Source of the DNA: a virus
Lineage: Duplodnaviria > Heunggongvirae > Uroviricota > Caudoviricetes
Strand: one strand, 5' to 3'
Length of the DNA: 23,417 nucleotides
Virus record (IMG/VR): IMGVR_UViG_3300040801_002879
Coordinates: 1 to 23,417 of that record
A program made the position numbers and the translations under genes. Shown here piece after piece: positions 15,413 to 23,417 of this stretch. How positions within the stretch are numbered: position 1 is the first letter of the stretch; the number at the start of each line of letters is the position of its first letter. Under the pieces are notes generated by a model. That model did no database searches and had not been told where the DNA came from. It saw nothing but the letters and a program-made list of their open reading frames with translations.

Positions 15413-16150
15413 ATGTCCGAAAAAGTAGAACGTAGATTTGGGCGTATACCCTCACCGCCAGACCCAAGGGACTTTCACCTTACCAGTTTTGTTCCTATTA
15501 CCCTAGAGCCTTCTCCAAAAGAACGTGTGTGGGATTATCCCGCAGAGAAGACGCTGGACCAAAAGAACTCAACTCACTGCGTTGGTTTCTCTATGGCAAA
15601 CTTTGGTATTAACTTACCAACCTATACACCATACACCAACGAAGATGCACATGATTTTTATTACAAGTGCAAAATTATTGACGGTAATCCTGGGAGCGAA
15701 GAAGGCTCAACCCTGAGAAGTGCTTCCAAAGTCCTGAGAAATGTAGGAGCTATTGATGGCTACGCATTTGCCTATGATTTAGATACTATCAAATGGTGGC
15801 TTTTAAACCGTGGTCCAGTTATTGCAGGTACAATCTGGACAAACGAAATGAACTATCCTGATGAAGACGGTATCATTGGCATTGGCGGGCAACCTCTAGG
15901 TGGACATGCTTACCTACTTACAGAGTGGACAGAAGATGGTTACATCGGTATTAGAAACTCTTGGGGGGATGATTGGGGTAAGAAGGGTATGGCTTATATT
16001 AAAGCCGAAGACTTTGCTGAGATTTTCAAAAACTATGGCGAAGCTGTTACCGCAGTTGAGCTACAAGAATATGCTCAAACACAAGAACCAAAGTGGCTTA
16101 GAGCAATCAAAGAATTTATCAAGAAAATTCTTATTCACTTTACGACTTAA
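15413..16150 (+). CDS. Papain-like C1-family cysteine peptidase
   Basis: LDQKNSTHCVGFS (Q...C), GPVIAG, GGHAY (H) and IRNSWGDDWGKKG (N): full catalytic set. Confidence 0.88.
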   Translation: MSEKVERRFGRIPSPPDPRDFHLTSFVPITLEPSPKERVWDYPAEKTLDQKNSTHCVGFSMANFGINLPTYTPYTNEDAHDFYYKCKIIDGNPGSEEGSTLRSASKVLRNVGAIDGYAFAYDLDTIKWWLLNRGPVIAGTIWTNEMNYPDEDGIIGIGGQPLGGHAYLLTEWTEDGYIGIRNSWGDDWGKKGMAYIKAEDFAEIFKNYGEAVTAVELQEYAQTQEPKWLRAIKEFIKKILIHFTT

Positions 16151-16159
16151 GAGGTATAA

Positions 16160-16726
16160 ATGGCTTGGACTCTCTGTTCAAAAGAGCAAGTAACATCAAT
16201 ATATAAAATAAACGAGTCTATGCTAGATGATTTCTGGTCTGAAACCGTAGAATCCATGATAAGGAGTTATATTCGAGCTCCTTATCTTGGACTCTCGGAA
16301 GTTACGATTACAGAAAAGCATAGTGGTGATAGGTCGCCTATTATCTCTCTTAACAATCCCCCTGTAACAGGCGTAAGCTCTGTAAAGGTTGCTGGTGCTG
16401 AGATTGACCCTAGCAGGTACGATTTTGTTGGTACTGCTGTAGCCCTAACGGATGGTAAGGTTTTTCCTCAAGGCATCCTAAACCTTGAAGTTACCTACAC
16501 TACTGGCGGGGGAGAAGTACCTTCGAAAGTTCAACTAGCCGCCGCAACTATGGTTGCTTCAATTGCTATATTTGAAGGTAGAGCAGGGTCTGATGGCTCT
16601 ATAAAATATGGAGACTTGCCAGAATTTTTAGGTGGAGATACCAGCGTAAAAGACGTAGGTTTAGTAACGTATTTGAAGTATATTATGACTTCCATGTTAG
16701 ACAAGTATCAAATAAGGGTTAGATAA
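16160..16726 (+). CDS. Head-tail adaptor/connector protein
   Basis: EKHSGD..PIISLNNPPVTGVSSV...FPQGILNLEVTYTTG..EVPSKVQLAAATMV pattern typical of gp6/gp15-like adaptors with a beta insertion. Confidence 0.72.
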   Translation: MAWTLCSKEQVTSIYKINESMLDDFWSETVESMIRSYIRAPYLGLSEVTITEKHSGDRSPIISLNNPPVTGVSSVKVAGAEIDPSRYDFVGTAVALTDGKVFPQGILNLEVTYTTGGGEVPSKVQLAAATMVASIAIFEGRAGSDGSIKYGDLPEFLGGDTSVKDVGLVTYLKYIMTSMLDKYQIRVR

Positions 16727-17157
16727 TGATTGGATATTCAGCTTCTGAGCAAGCTATAGTAGATGCTATAATCGAGCATTTTCCGCAATTGAATGAATAC
16801 AATTGTAAAGCGGGAGAGCTTGACTCTATTATAGATTATATGTTTAGAGCACCCGATAAATATGGAGCACTGGTTGACTTTATGGGTGGACAACGCAGAA
16901 AACCAGAAAACTTCAATGCCTATATCTGGCAGTGGAACATTCTTATAACATTTTTTGTTCAAATAGATTTAGATACGATTGAAGATGATGTACGGGATAT
17001 TATAGATAAATCAGCAGTTTTTGCTGAGAAAAATCGTACTCTTGGCGGTAAGGTAGTAAAGTTTGACCTGTCCTATATTGGAAAGGTTGAGCAGGGAACG
17101 ACAGGAGATAAGCCTATAAGTTGGATTCCGATTACTACTTACGTTTGGGATAAATAA
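16726..17157 (+). CDS. Putative tail completion/terminator-type neck protein
   Basis: Size, position between adaptor and tail tube, alpha/beta pattern; coupled start (TAATG). Confidence 0.5.
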   Translation: MIGYSASEQAIVDAIIEHFPQLNEYNCKAGELDSIIDYMFRAPDKYGALVDFMGGQRRKPENFNAYIWQWNILITFFVQIDLDTIEDDVRDIIDKSAVFAEKNRTLGGKVVKFDLSYIGKVEQGTTGDKPISWIPITTYVWDK

Positions 17158-17168
17158 GGAGATTATAG

Positions 17169-17714
17169 ATGGCTGATAAAGCAGAATTTAAACTAGAAGA
17201 TATTGAAGGACTAGGCGAAAAGAAAGCCAGTCAACTTCGAGAAGAATTAGATATTGACAATGCTCAAGAGTTAGAAGAGGCTTTAGAGGATGGTCGAGTG
17301 GATGCCCTTGATGGGTTTGGTCCAAAGACTATCGAAAATCTTAAAGAAGCTGTAGCTAAGCTTGAAGCAGGGGAAGAAGAGCTAGAAGCTGTCGCTGAGG
17401 AATCAGTAGCAGAAGTGGAAGAGCCTGTTGTTGTAGAAGAGGAAACTTCAAATATTAGACGAAAGAAAGTTACAAATAGAGACGTTGATGTGCTCTTTGC
17501 TGATGTTTCAGCACGTGTACGAAATAAGTATGATGAAATTATCGTTACTGCTGATAAACATTATGTAAGAGATAGACGTATCAATTTCTTATTTGCCTTA
17601 GTTAGCAATATGGCTAAAGAAGGCGCAATTATTAAGTTTCCAGAAGAATTTTTCAACAATATGCCTAATGCAAAAGTTGAAGATGGCTACTGGATAATCG
17701 AAAAAGGAGAATAA
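17169..17714 (+). CDS. Tandem helix-hairpin-helix protein (PolX-like HhH) with acidic linker and unknown C-terminal domain
   Basis: LEDIEGLGEKKASQLREELDI...ELEEAL.DGRVDALDGFGPKTIENL resembles the HhH pair of family X polymerases; no polymerase domain. Confidence 0.7.
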   Translation: MADKAEFKLEDIEGLGEKKASQLREELDIDNAQELEEALEDGRVDALDGFGPKTIENLKEAVAKLEAGEEELEAVAEESVAEVEEPVVVEEETSNIRRKKVTNRDVDVLFADVSARVRNKYDEIIVTADKHYVRDRRINFLFALVSNMAKEGAIIKFPEEFFNNMPNAKVEDGYWIIEKGE

Positions 17715-17715
17715 T

Positions 17716-18270
17716 ATGAGTGCAATTGTTGGAATTGACGCTTCTGTTCTTATAGCAGAAGTAGGCGCATCTCAATTCGCAGGTGGTACAGGCGGTAATC
17801 CAGAAGCAGATGAATTACCAACATGGAATCCTACAACTAAGTTGTGGAGTTGGTCAAACCCTGATACTCTGACTGACCCTGACGATGTAACCCCTTGGAT
17901 GGAGTTGCCAGAAAGAAATGAAATCTCTCTTAGCATTTCAGTAGACGTAGCAGAACATAGACCTTTTGTTGCCTCACTTGAGGATGCTTGGGTAGGTAAG
18001 GCTCGTACTTGGATGGATTGGAGTGGTTCATTTAGCGGATTTTATGATGATGCTGATGACTCAATTTTTAATACCATGAAGTCGGGACTAGCAGTTTGGA
18101 TGATTATGTTCGACAGTCGCTTTGTTGAGGCTCTCGGAACACCTGCTGACTATTGGTTTGGAAAGATTTTGTTGACCTCAGTAGACCACACTACAGGCTC
18201 GGAAGACTTCTCTACGTTAGACGTAGACTTTGAAGGTGCGGGCAAACTATATCGTAGTGCGGTAGCATAA
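17716..18270 (+). CDS. Putative major tail tube protein, paralogue 1
   Basis: MSAIVGID start, DWSGSFSGFYD, TLDVDFEGAGKL: beta-rich tail-tube pattern, upstream of chaperone and tape measure genes. Confidence 0.75.
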   Translation: MSAIVGIDASVLIAEVGASQFAGGTGGNPEADELPTWNPTTKLWSWSNPDTLTDPDDVTPWMELPERNEISLSISVDVAEHRPFVASLEDAWVGKARTWMDWSGSFSGFYDDADDSIFNTMKSGLAVWMIMFDSRFVEALGTPADYWFGKILLTSVDHTTGSEDFSTLDVDFEGAGKLYRSAVA

Positions 18271-18283
18271 AGGAGATTATAAT

Positions 18284-18757
18284 ATGGCTGCAATTGTTGG
18301 TATTGATGCTGCAATTCTTACTGCTCCCGAAGACACCCTGACTCTTCCTTCTTGGGATGGTTCGGCTTGGACTTTAGGCGCATGGACTCTGCTACCAGAG
18401 CGTAATGAATTGTCAATTAGTATTTCGGTAGATGTTGCTGAACACCGCCCATTCGTAGACAGTCTTGAAGACGCTTGGGTTGGAAAAGCACGTACATGGA
18501 TGGACTGGTCGGGAAGCTTTAGTGGTTTCTATGATGATGAAGATGATAGCATTTTCAACAACATGAAAGCAGGTCTAAGATTACAAACTGTAATTTTTGA
18601 CTCTCGCTTGACTGCTGTTGCTGCTGGTCAAACTGATTATTGGTTTGGTAAAATTCTTCTAACTTCGGTAGACCATACGACAGGTAGTGAGGATTTCTCA
18701 ACTCTTGACGTGGACTTTGAAGGTGCTGGTGCACTTTTACGCTCAGCTACATCATAA
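18284..18757 (+). CDS. Putative major tail tube protein, paralogue 2
   Basis: Near-identical core to 17716-18270 (52 of 57 residues identical in the ERNE...MK block, hand count). Confidence 0.75.
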   Translation: MAAIVGIDAAILTAPEDTLTLPSWDGSAWTLGAWTLLPERNELSISISVDVAEHRPFVDSLEDAWVGKARTWMDWSGSFSGFYDDEDDSIFNNMKAGLRLQTVIFDSRLTAVAAGQTDYWFGKILLTSVDHTTGSEDFSTLDVDFEGAGALLRSATS

Positions 18758-18776
18758 TAAGTAATAGGAGAATAAT

Positions 18777-19187
18777 ATGGCACTTCAATTTTCAGTAAGT
18801 GTTAGAAATGCTCGTTTGGATGCAATTGAAACCGTTGTAGGTGCTTCGCCAGTTCTAAAGATTCGTTCTGGCTCTGCGCCTGCTAGTACTGGTGACGCAG
18901 ATACTGGTGATGTGTTGGCAACTATCAACCTGCCTTCTGACTGGATGGATGCTGCTTCTGGTGGTTCAAAATCCAAATCAGCTACTGCGTGGGAAGACGC
19001 AAGTGCCGATTTATCAGGTACTGCTGGACACTTTAGAATTTATGATAACGGTGAGACGACTGTTCTGATGCAAGGTACAGTTTCTATGGCGGGTGGTGGT
19101 GGCGATATGATTGTAGACAATACAAGCATAGCTGCTGGACAAACCGTAACTGTTCAAACATTCACACTTACAGATGGTAATGCTTAG
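18777..19187 (+). CDS. Conserved Gly/Ala/Ser-rich virion structural protein
   Basis: MALQFS..VRNARLDAIE...LKIRSG..P...VLAT..LP.DWM.AASGG...GTAGHFRI...GGGDM..DNTSIAAGQ.VT: a pattern I recognise from many phage structural modules; function not established. Confidence 0.65.
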   Translation: MALQFSVSVRNARLDAIETVVGASPVLKIRSGSAPASTGDADTGDVLATINLPSDWMDAASGGSKSKSATAWEDASADLSGTAGHFRIYDNGETTVLMQGTVSMAGGGGDMIVDNTSIAAGQTVTVQTFTLTDGNA

Positions 19188-19217
19188 TAAGTGAGCTTAG
19201 AAAATAATAATATAATT

Positions 19218-19251
19218 AGCGGGAGTCCCTAGCTTAGGTATTCCCGCTTTT
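19218..19251 (+). terminator. Intrinsic terminator
   Basis: AGCGGGAGT...ATTCCCGCT stem followed by TTTT. Confidence 0.75.
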
Positions 19252-19268
19252 ACTATAAGGAGGAAAAT

Positions 19269-20282
19269 ATGCCCGAAATGTCACAAGTTCTAATTAACAG
19301 GATGACTCCTAGACTGGATGAATCCGAAATAAAGTTGCAGTTTACGCAACAACCGCCTAGTGGGTGGACACTTGGTACGGATGTTTCTCACTGGCAAGGT
19401 GTTATTGATTGGGAACAGATGGCTAGCAAGGAGGTGGATTTCTCTATCACAAAGGCAACAGACTTTTATTCTTCATATGCAAAGGGTTTTGTGGATAAAA
19501 AGGCTTTTGTGAATTTAGCAGGAATGGAAGAAAATGGGATTATAACTGGCGGTTATTGCTGGTTACAACCAAAACAAGACCCTAAACTTCAAGCTGAGTT
19601 TTATCTGAACGAGTTCTACTCTAAAGCAGATGTAAACTTCCCACCTGTTTTAGACTTTGAGGATAACAATGTAAATACTTGGAACGATATGCTCTGGCGT
19701 GCTCAGGTTTGGTTGGAAATTGTCGAAGAAGAGACAGGACAACTCCCAATTGTATACACGAGCCCAGGATATATGATGAATTTTGATAGAACAAAATCAG
19801 GATTCCTAAGTCGTTATCCACTATGGGTTGCTCATTATATTCAAAGAAGTTATCCTACCGTTCCTTACCAATGGGATGATTGGATGATTTGGCAATATTC
19901 AGACAGAGGACACTATCCATATTATATTTATCAAGACCCAAATGGCGGGTATGGCAAAGATTATGGTGCTGGTTCTTATGGCTTGGATATGAATTGGTAT
20001 AAAGGAACATTGGAAGATTTGAAAGACTATGTAGGCATTGAGGAAGAGCCTGCTCCCATTCCACAAGAAGAGCCAATTGGCTATATTAGAGCAACACGCT
20101 CTCTTATAAAAGTACATGCTGGAAAAGGTGTTTTATTCCCAACTGTTAGACGCTTAGAGCGTGGGGAAATTGTACCTCTTTATGAGATTGGTTATGGCTG
20201 GTATCGTATTGGCAAGAATGAATGGGTACAGAATAAGTATATGCTAAAAGTGCCCTTACCAGACTACCCAAAAATGCGGTAG
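19269..20282 (+). CDS. GH25 muramidase (endolysin-like) with C-terminal SH3b-like domain
   Basis: GTDVSHWQGVIDW, ITKAT, PPVLDFE (DxE), IVYTS, YPLWVAHY, W.IWQYS, LDMNWY; C-terminal VRRLERGEIVPLYEIGYGWYRIGKNEWV; RBS AAGGAGG. Confidence 0.92.
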   Translation: MPEMSQVLINRMTPRLDESEIKLQFTQQPPSGWTLGTDVSHWQGVIDWEQMASKEVDFSITKATDFYSSYAKGFVDKKAFVNLAGMEENGIITGGYCWLQPKQDPKLQAEFYLNEFYSKADVNFPPVLDFEDNNVNTWNDMLWRAQVWLEIVEEETGQLPIVYTSPGYMMNFDRTKSGFLSRYPLWVAHYIQRSYPTVPYQWDDWMIWQYSDRGHYPYYIYQDPNGGYGKDYGAGSYGLDMNWYKGTLEDLKDYVGIEEEPAPIPQEEPIGYIRATRSLIKVHAGKGVLFPTVRRLERGEIVPLYEIGYGWYRIGKNEWVQNKYMLKVPLPDYPKMR

Positions 20283-20407
20283 AAAGCATTGAAAATAATT
20301 GAAGATGGTAGTAGTGAATCTATTGAGAAAGCTGTGGCGAGGACAGCGAATTGAATAAACCTAGTGGATTAGAGTGATGAGTTAGTCCAAATTTATACTG
20401 ACACATA

Positions 20408-20440
20408 TAGCCCTAGTCCAAAAAGCTAGGGCTAATTTTA
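20408..20440 (+). terminator. Probable intrinsic terminator
   Basis: TAGCCCTAG-TCCAAAAAG-CTAGGGCTA perfect 9-bp stem followed by ATTTTA. Confidence 0.7.
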
Positions 20441-20460
20441 TATAAGATTGGAGAAGAAAA

Positions 20461-20892
20461 ATGGAAAAAATCATAGTTGGAAGTAGTGAGTACCCCTTAG
20501 TAAAGAAGGGTAGAGCGCAAGCAGAGCAAGTCGAAGAGTTGTTACAATGGCTAGGTCGTTATGGTGGCAAATTCTTTGATGCAATGACAAATGAAGAAGG
20601 CGAAGTTGAAATCAGTACTTCTCTCCCCGTTCTTATTGGCGATATTGCTAATATTGTTACCGCAGACGCTCTTATTGAGCTTTATGTAGTGGTAACTGGT
20701 TGCACCGAAGAGGAAGCAGAAGAGCACTTTGACGTAGCACAATTGATTGATGTTACCGTTGTAGTATTTGAAAAACAAAAATCGTTCAAGAAGGTAGTTA
20801 ACCGTTTTTTCTCGAAGAGAAGCTCTACAAATCCTATGGAAGAGCTCTCCACGAAATCCGAAAAGCCTATGGATGGACAGACCGAGAAATAA
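20461..20892 (+). CDS. Tail assembly chaperone (short form)
   Basis: Position upstream of the tape measure gene; contains slippery T-TTT-TTC. Confidence 0.8.
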   Translation: MEKIIVGSSEYPLVKKGRAQAEQVEELLQWLGRYGGKFFDAMTNEEGEVEISTSLPVLIGDIANIVTADALIELYVVVTGCTEEEAEEHFDVAQLIDVTVVVFEKQKSFKKVVNRFFSKRSSTNPMEELSTKSEKPMDGQTEK

Positions 20893-21221
20893 TTGATACG
20901 GTTGAAACACGAGGCTTTGACTGGCTCGTAGACAACATGAAATACATACAAGAGGATAAGGCATCACACTACCTTACCCTTTTGCAGTTAGCACCCCTTG
21001 GTCGTACTCCGATGGATAAGAAGTCGGGTAGGGCTATGGAGAAATATTATAAAGGCGTGGTAAAGAATTTAGAGAGTTATGCTCCATGGGTAACACGCTC
21101 TAAGAGAGCTTTAATCAGTGCTAAGGAGAGAGGAAAGCTCAAATCAGGTCAACTGATGGTGAAATTTGATGCGAATGATGACCCTAATTCACCTTTATAC
21201 AAGAACGCTAAAACGCTATAA
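20461..21221 (+). CDS. Extended tail assembly chaperone (frameshift product, about 253 aa); includes track ORF 20937-21221
   Basis: -1 frame reads FLEEKLYKSYGRALHEIRKAYGWTDREIID...MKYIQEDK; the YGWT..EI pattern is typical of chaperone extensions. Confidence 0.75.
20805..20811 (+). other. Programmed -1 ribosomal frameshift site (T TTT TTC)
   Basis: X XXY YYZ heptamer in the zero frame. The -1 frame has TAA at 20799-20801, then is open from 20802 to 21221. Confidence 0.82.
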
Positions 21222-21235
21222 TATAAGGAATTTAG

Positions 21236-23417
21236 ATGGCATCTCGTGAAAAAGTAACTTTTAAAATAGACTTAGACTCTTCGGCATTTGTAAACGGTCT
21301 CAAGAAAGCGCAAGGAGTACTAAACAATGTTGCCCAAGAGTCTAAAAAAGCGTCTACTGCCAGTGGCAAATTACAAGTTGCGCTGGTAGAATTGGTTGCT
21401 GGTTTTAGTGATTTATACACATCTGCCAATAAATCTGGAAAATCTTTTGATGACCAAGTTAAGAGACTAAAAACTCTTATTAAAGATTATAGCAGATATG
21501 AAGAACTTCTTCAAAGTCTTAATCAAGAAGAAAAGAAAAATAGTGGTTTAGACGATAGGCTTGTTAAGCTAGCCCAAATTAGTGATAAATATAAAGAATT
21601 AATAAAGCTAGCGGGTCAAAAAACATCTTCTGAAAGAGGCGAAGAAGCAATCTTTCAATATGAAAAAGATGACGACAAAAAAATAATGAGAGCAAGAATT
21701 GAGCTTGAAAGGCTTAATGATGCTCTTATAAAGATACGCCCTTTTGCAGACTTTTTTAAAAAGTTAACAACGAATATAGGTACAGGATTATCAAATGCTC
21801 TTAAAAGAGCTCAACAGGGAACACAGGAGCTAAAACGAGCTTTCTCTCTTATGAGAAACGTTATGTCTCAAACTATTGATAGTGTGAGACAAATTACTCA
21901 AGGTTTCTTGAGCATGGGTCGTGCTTTGACGTTCTTCGTTGCTATTCCTTTTACTGCATGGCTGAAAGAATCTATACAATCGGCAACTGAATTTGAGTCT
22001 GCTATGGCTCGTGTAACTAAGGTTGCTGGCTTTGACCAAGATGAATTTGGTGTACCCGATATTGGCGGTCCACAATCCCAAGAATTAAATCAATTTATTA
22101 GAGATATATCCGAAGTGGCAGGGTCTTCTCAAAATCAATTTGCACAATGGGCTGAGGATTTGGCTCAGTTTGGCGTGGATTCTGTAGATGCTCTGAAAGA
22201 CTATCTACCTATGATGGAAATGATGGCATCTGGTACGGATGTAGCTGCTACTGATGTTGCTAAGAGACTAGGTAATGTTGCTAACGCTTTTGGTTTTGCT
22301 ATGTCCGATATGGAGGGGGATGCAAGAAATTACGTATGGCGTATGATTAACGTTATCAATGACCTTGAAAACAACGTAGGTGCTTCTGCTGACCAAATCC
22401 TGACTGCTGTAGAAGCTTCTGGTCCTACGCTATCACAATTAGGGGTGCCTGGGTATGTCGTAGCCTCATGGTCTGCTCTTGGCATTGAAGCAGGTCTTAG
22501 TGCCGATGAGGTAGGTACAGGTCTTCGTAACTTAGGCTCGTTTATGAGTCGTAACTTTGTAAAAGCATTTGATGACGGTCAAACAGCTCTGAAAGATTTG
22601 TTTGGTACAGCCGAAGAAATGCACAAACAAATGCGAGAAGATTTTGCAGGTACGTTTACAACAATTCTTGATTACTACTCAAAAGAAGAAGATAACGTTA
22701 AGGTTATCGCTGAATTGTATGACTTCTTAGGCAATCGTGCTGGTAAGTTGGCAGCAGCTCTTGTTCAAGCAGCACTTGAGGGTAGTGATGGTGCTACAAG
22801 ATTGCTAGACGTGATGGAGCAGGCAGAAAAGCAATTTAAAAATCCTATCTCTCTTGCGCAAGAATATCAAGCAGTACAGAAAACGCTTGCCCATCAAACA
22901 CAGCAGCTTAAAAACACTTTTACTAACCTCTCGTTGGCGGTTGGTGATAGCTTAATTCCCGAATTAAAGAAATTAGTTCAAGCCGCAATACCTGTAGTCA
23001 AAACTATGGCTAACTTATTTGCTGGATTAGATGATGGAACAAAAAGACTAATATTCTTTGGTTCTGCTATTGTAGCTATAAGTGGTCCTATTCTGTTCTT
23101 CGTTTCTCAGATGGCTTTTGGTGCATCACTTATTATGAGTGGTTTGATAAAGCTTGGTGGGGTATTAGGAACAATAACTAAGGTATTTGGTGTGTTTGGT
23201 ATGCAACTTCTAAAGCTAAATCCTGTAGCTTGGTTATTTGCAGGCTCGGTTTCAAGGGCTTTTGGAATGGTAAGAGACGCAGGACTAAATACAGTTGATA
23301 CTTTAGGTAATATCTTTGGTGGATTAGCCAAAATGATGCCACGTTGGGGTCAAGGAATTTTCGATGGCTTAGCTGATGGTATAGAAGGCTCAGCAGCTCG
23401 TATTGCTAAAGCAGTCA
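21236..23417 (+). CDS. Tail tape measure protein, truncated by window edge
   Basis: ATG 21236 after AAGGA; MASREKVTFKIDLDSSAFVNGLKKA...ATEFESAMARVTKV (TP901-like core), Ala/Gly/Leu-rich amphipathic sequence. Not in the ORF track because there is no stop in the window. Confidence 0.92.
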   Translation, partial: MASREKVTFKIDLDSSAFVNGLKKAQGVLNNVAQESKKASTASGKLQVALVELVAGFSDLYTSANKSGKSFDDQVKRLKTLIKDYSRYEELLQSLNQEEKKNSGLDDRLVKLAQISDKYKELIKLAGQKTSSERGEEAIFQYEKDDDKKIMRARIELERLNDALIKIRPFADFFKKLTTNIGTGLSNALKRAQQGTQELKRAFSLMRNVMSQTIDSVRQITQGFLSMGRALTFFVAIPFTAWLKESIQSATEFESAMARVTKVAGFDQDEFGVPDIGGPQSQELNQFIRDISEVAGSSQNQFAQWAEDLAQFGVDSVDALKDYLPMMEMMASGTDVAATDVAKRLGNVANAFGFAMSDMEGDARNYVWRMINVINDLENNVGASADQILTAVEASGPTLSQLGVPGYVVASWSALGIEAGLSADEVGTGLRNLGSFMSRNFVKAFDDGQTALKDLFGTAEEMHKQMREDFAGTFTTILDYYSKEEDNVKVIAELYDFLGNRAGKLAAALVQAALEGSDGATRLLDVMEQAEKQFKNPISLAQEYQAVQKTLAHQTQQLKNTFTNLSLAVGDSLIPELKKLVQAAIPVVKTMANLFAGLDDGTKRLIFFGSAIVAISGPILFFVSQMAFGASLIMSGLIKLGGVLGTITKVFGVFGMQLLKLNPVAWLFAGSVSRAFGMVRDAGLNTVDTLGNIFGGLAKMMPRWGQGIFDGLADGIEGSAARIAKAV

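Noticed and set aside
7454-20282. TAG recoding (alternative genetic code)
   Set aside because: Long genes are intact under the standard code, and the terL TAG is followed directly by a promoter and tRNA.
19269-20282. Host assignment (Chloroflexota or another monoderm) from lysin style and extended -10 promoters
   Set aside because: Only an impression; cannot be supported without searches.
20374-20401. Box C/D-like words GTGATGA...CTGA
   Set aside because: Very short, no guide region or supporting context; likely chance.
4711-23331. Short minus-strand and alternate-frame ORFs across the virion module (e.g. 5744-6073, 7473-7670, 10833-11141, 14740-14958, 20551-20967, 23107-23331)
   Set aside because: Antisense or out-of-frame shadows of clear genes, the tRNA or terminators; no independent support.

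Overview
A 23.4-kb, AT-rich slice of a tailed dsDNA phage genome. Siphovirus-like morphology is inferred from the tail tube genes, the frameshifted tail chaperone and the tape measure protein. The left arm (minus strand, 1-3777) is a DNA-metabolism operon: class II ribonucleotide reductase (cut by the window edge and missing from the ORF track), a RusA-like resolvase, an HNH nuclease, RNase HI, two hypotheticals and SSB. At the strand switch there is an intact 155-aa gene matching only the WED/REC lobe of an IS200/IS605 TnpB (no RuvC), a pair of back-to-back consensus sigma70 promoters, a sigma-region-4-only protein and a small Zn-finger gene. The right arm (plus strand) is the virion module: TerS-like HTH/MucR-finger fusion, GpA-type TerL, portal, protease with nested scaffold, capsid with an Ig/FN3-like insert, holin-like pair plus papain-family protease, neck genes, a PolX-like HhH protein, two tandem tail tube paralogues, GH25 lysin, tail chaperone with a -1 slippery site, and a tape measure protein that runs off the window (also missing from the track). 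Between terL and portal is an accessory island: tRNA-Gly(TCC), a separately promoted ~250-nt structured non-coding region, an AT-rich tract, a DUF7004-like gene and a Cas4-like nuclease. No CRISPR array was seen. The best novel-system candidates are the nuclease-less TnpB lobe with its neighbouring regulators, and the structured RNA plus accessory cassette. All family calls come from motif recognition by eye; no database searches or folding programs were run.
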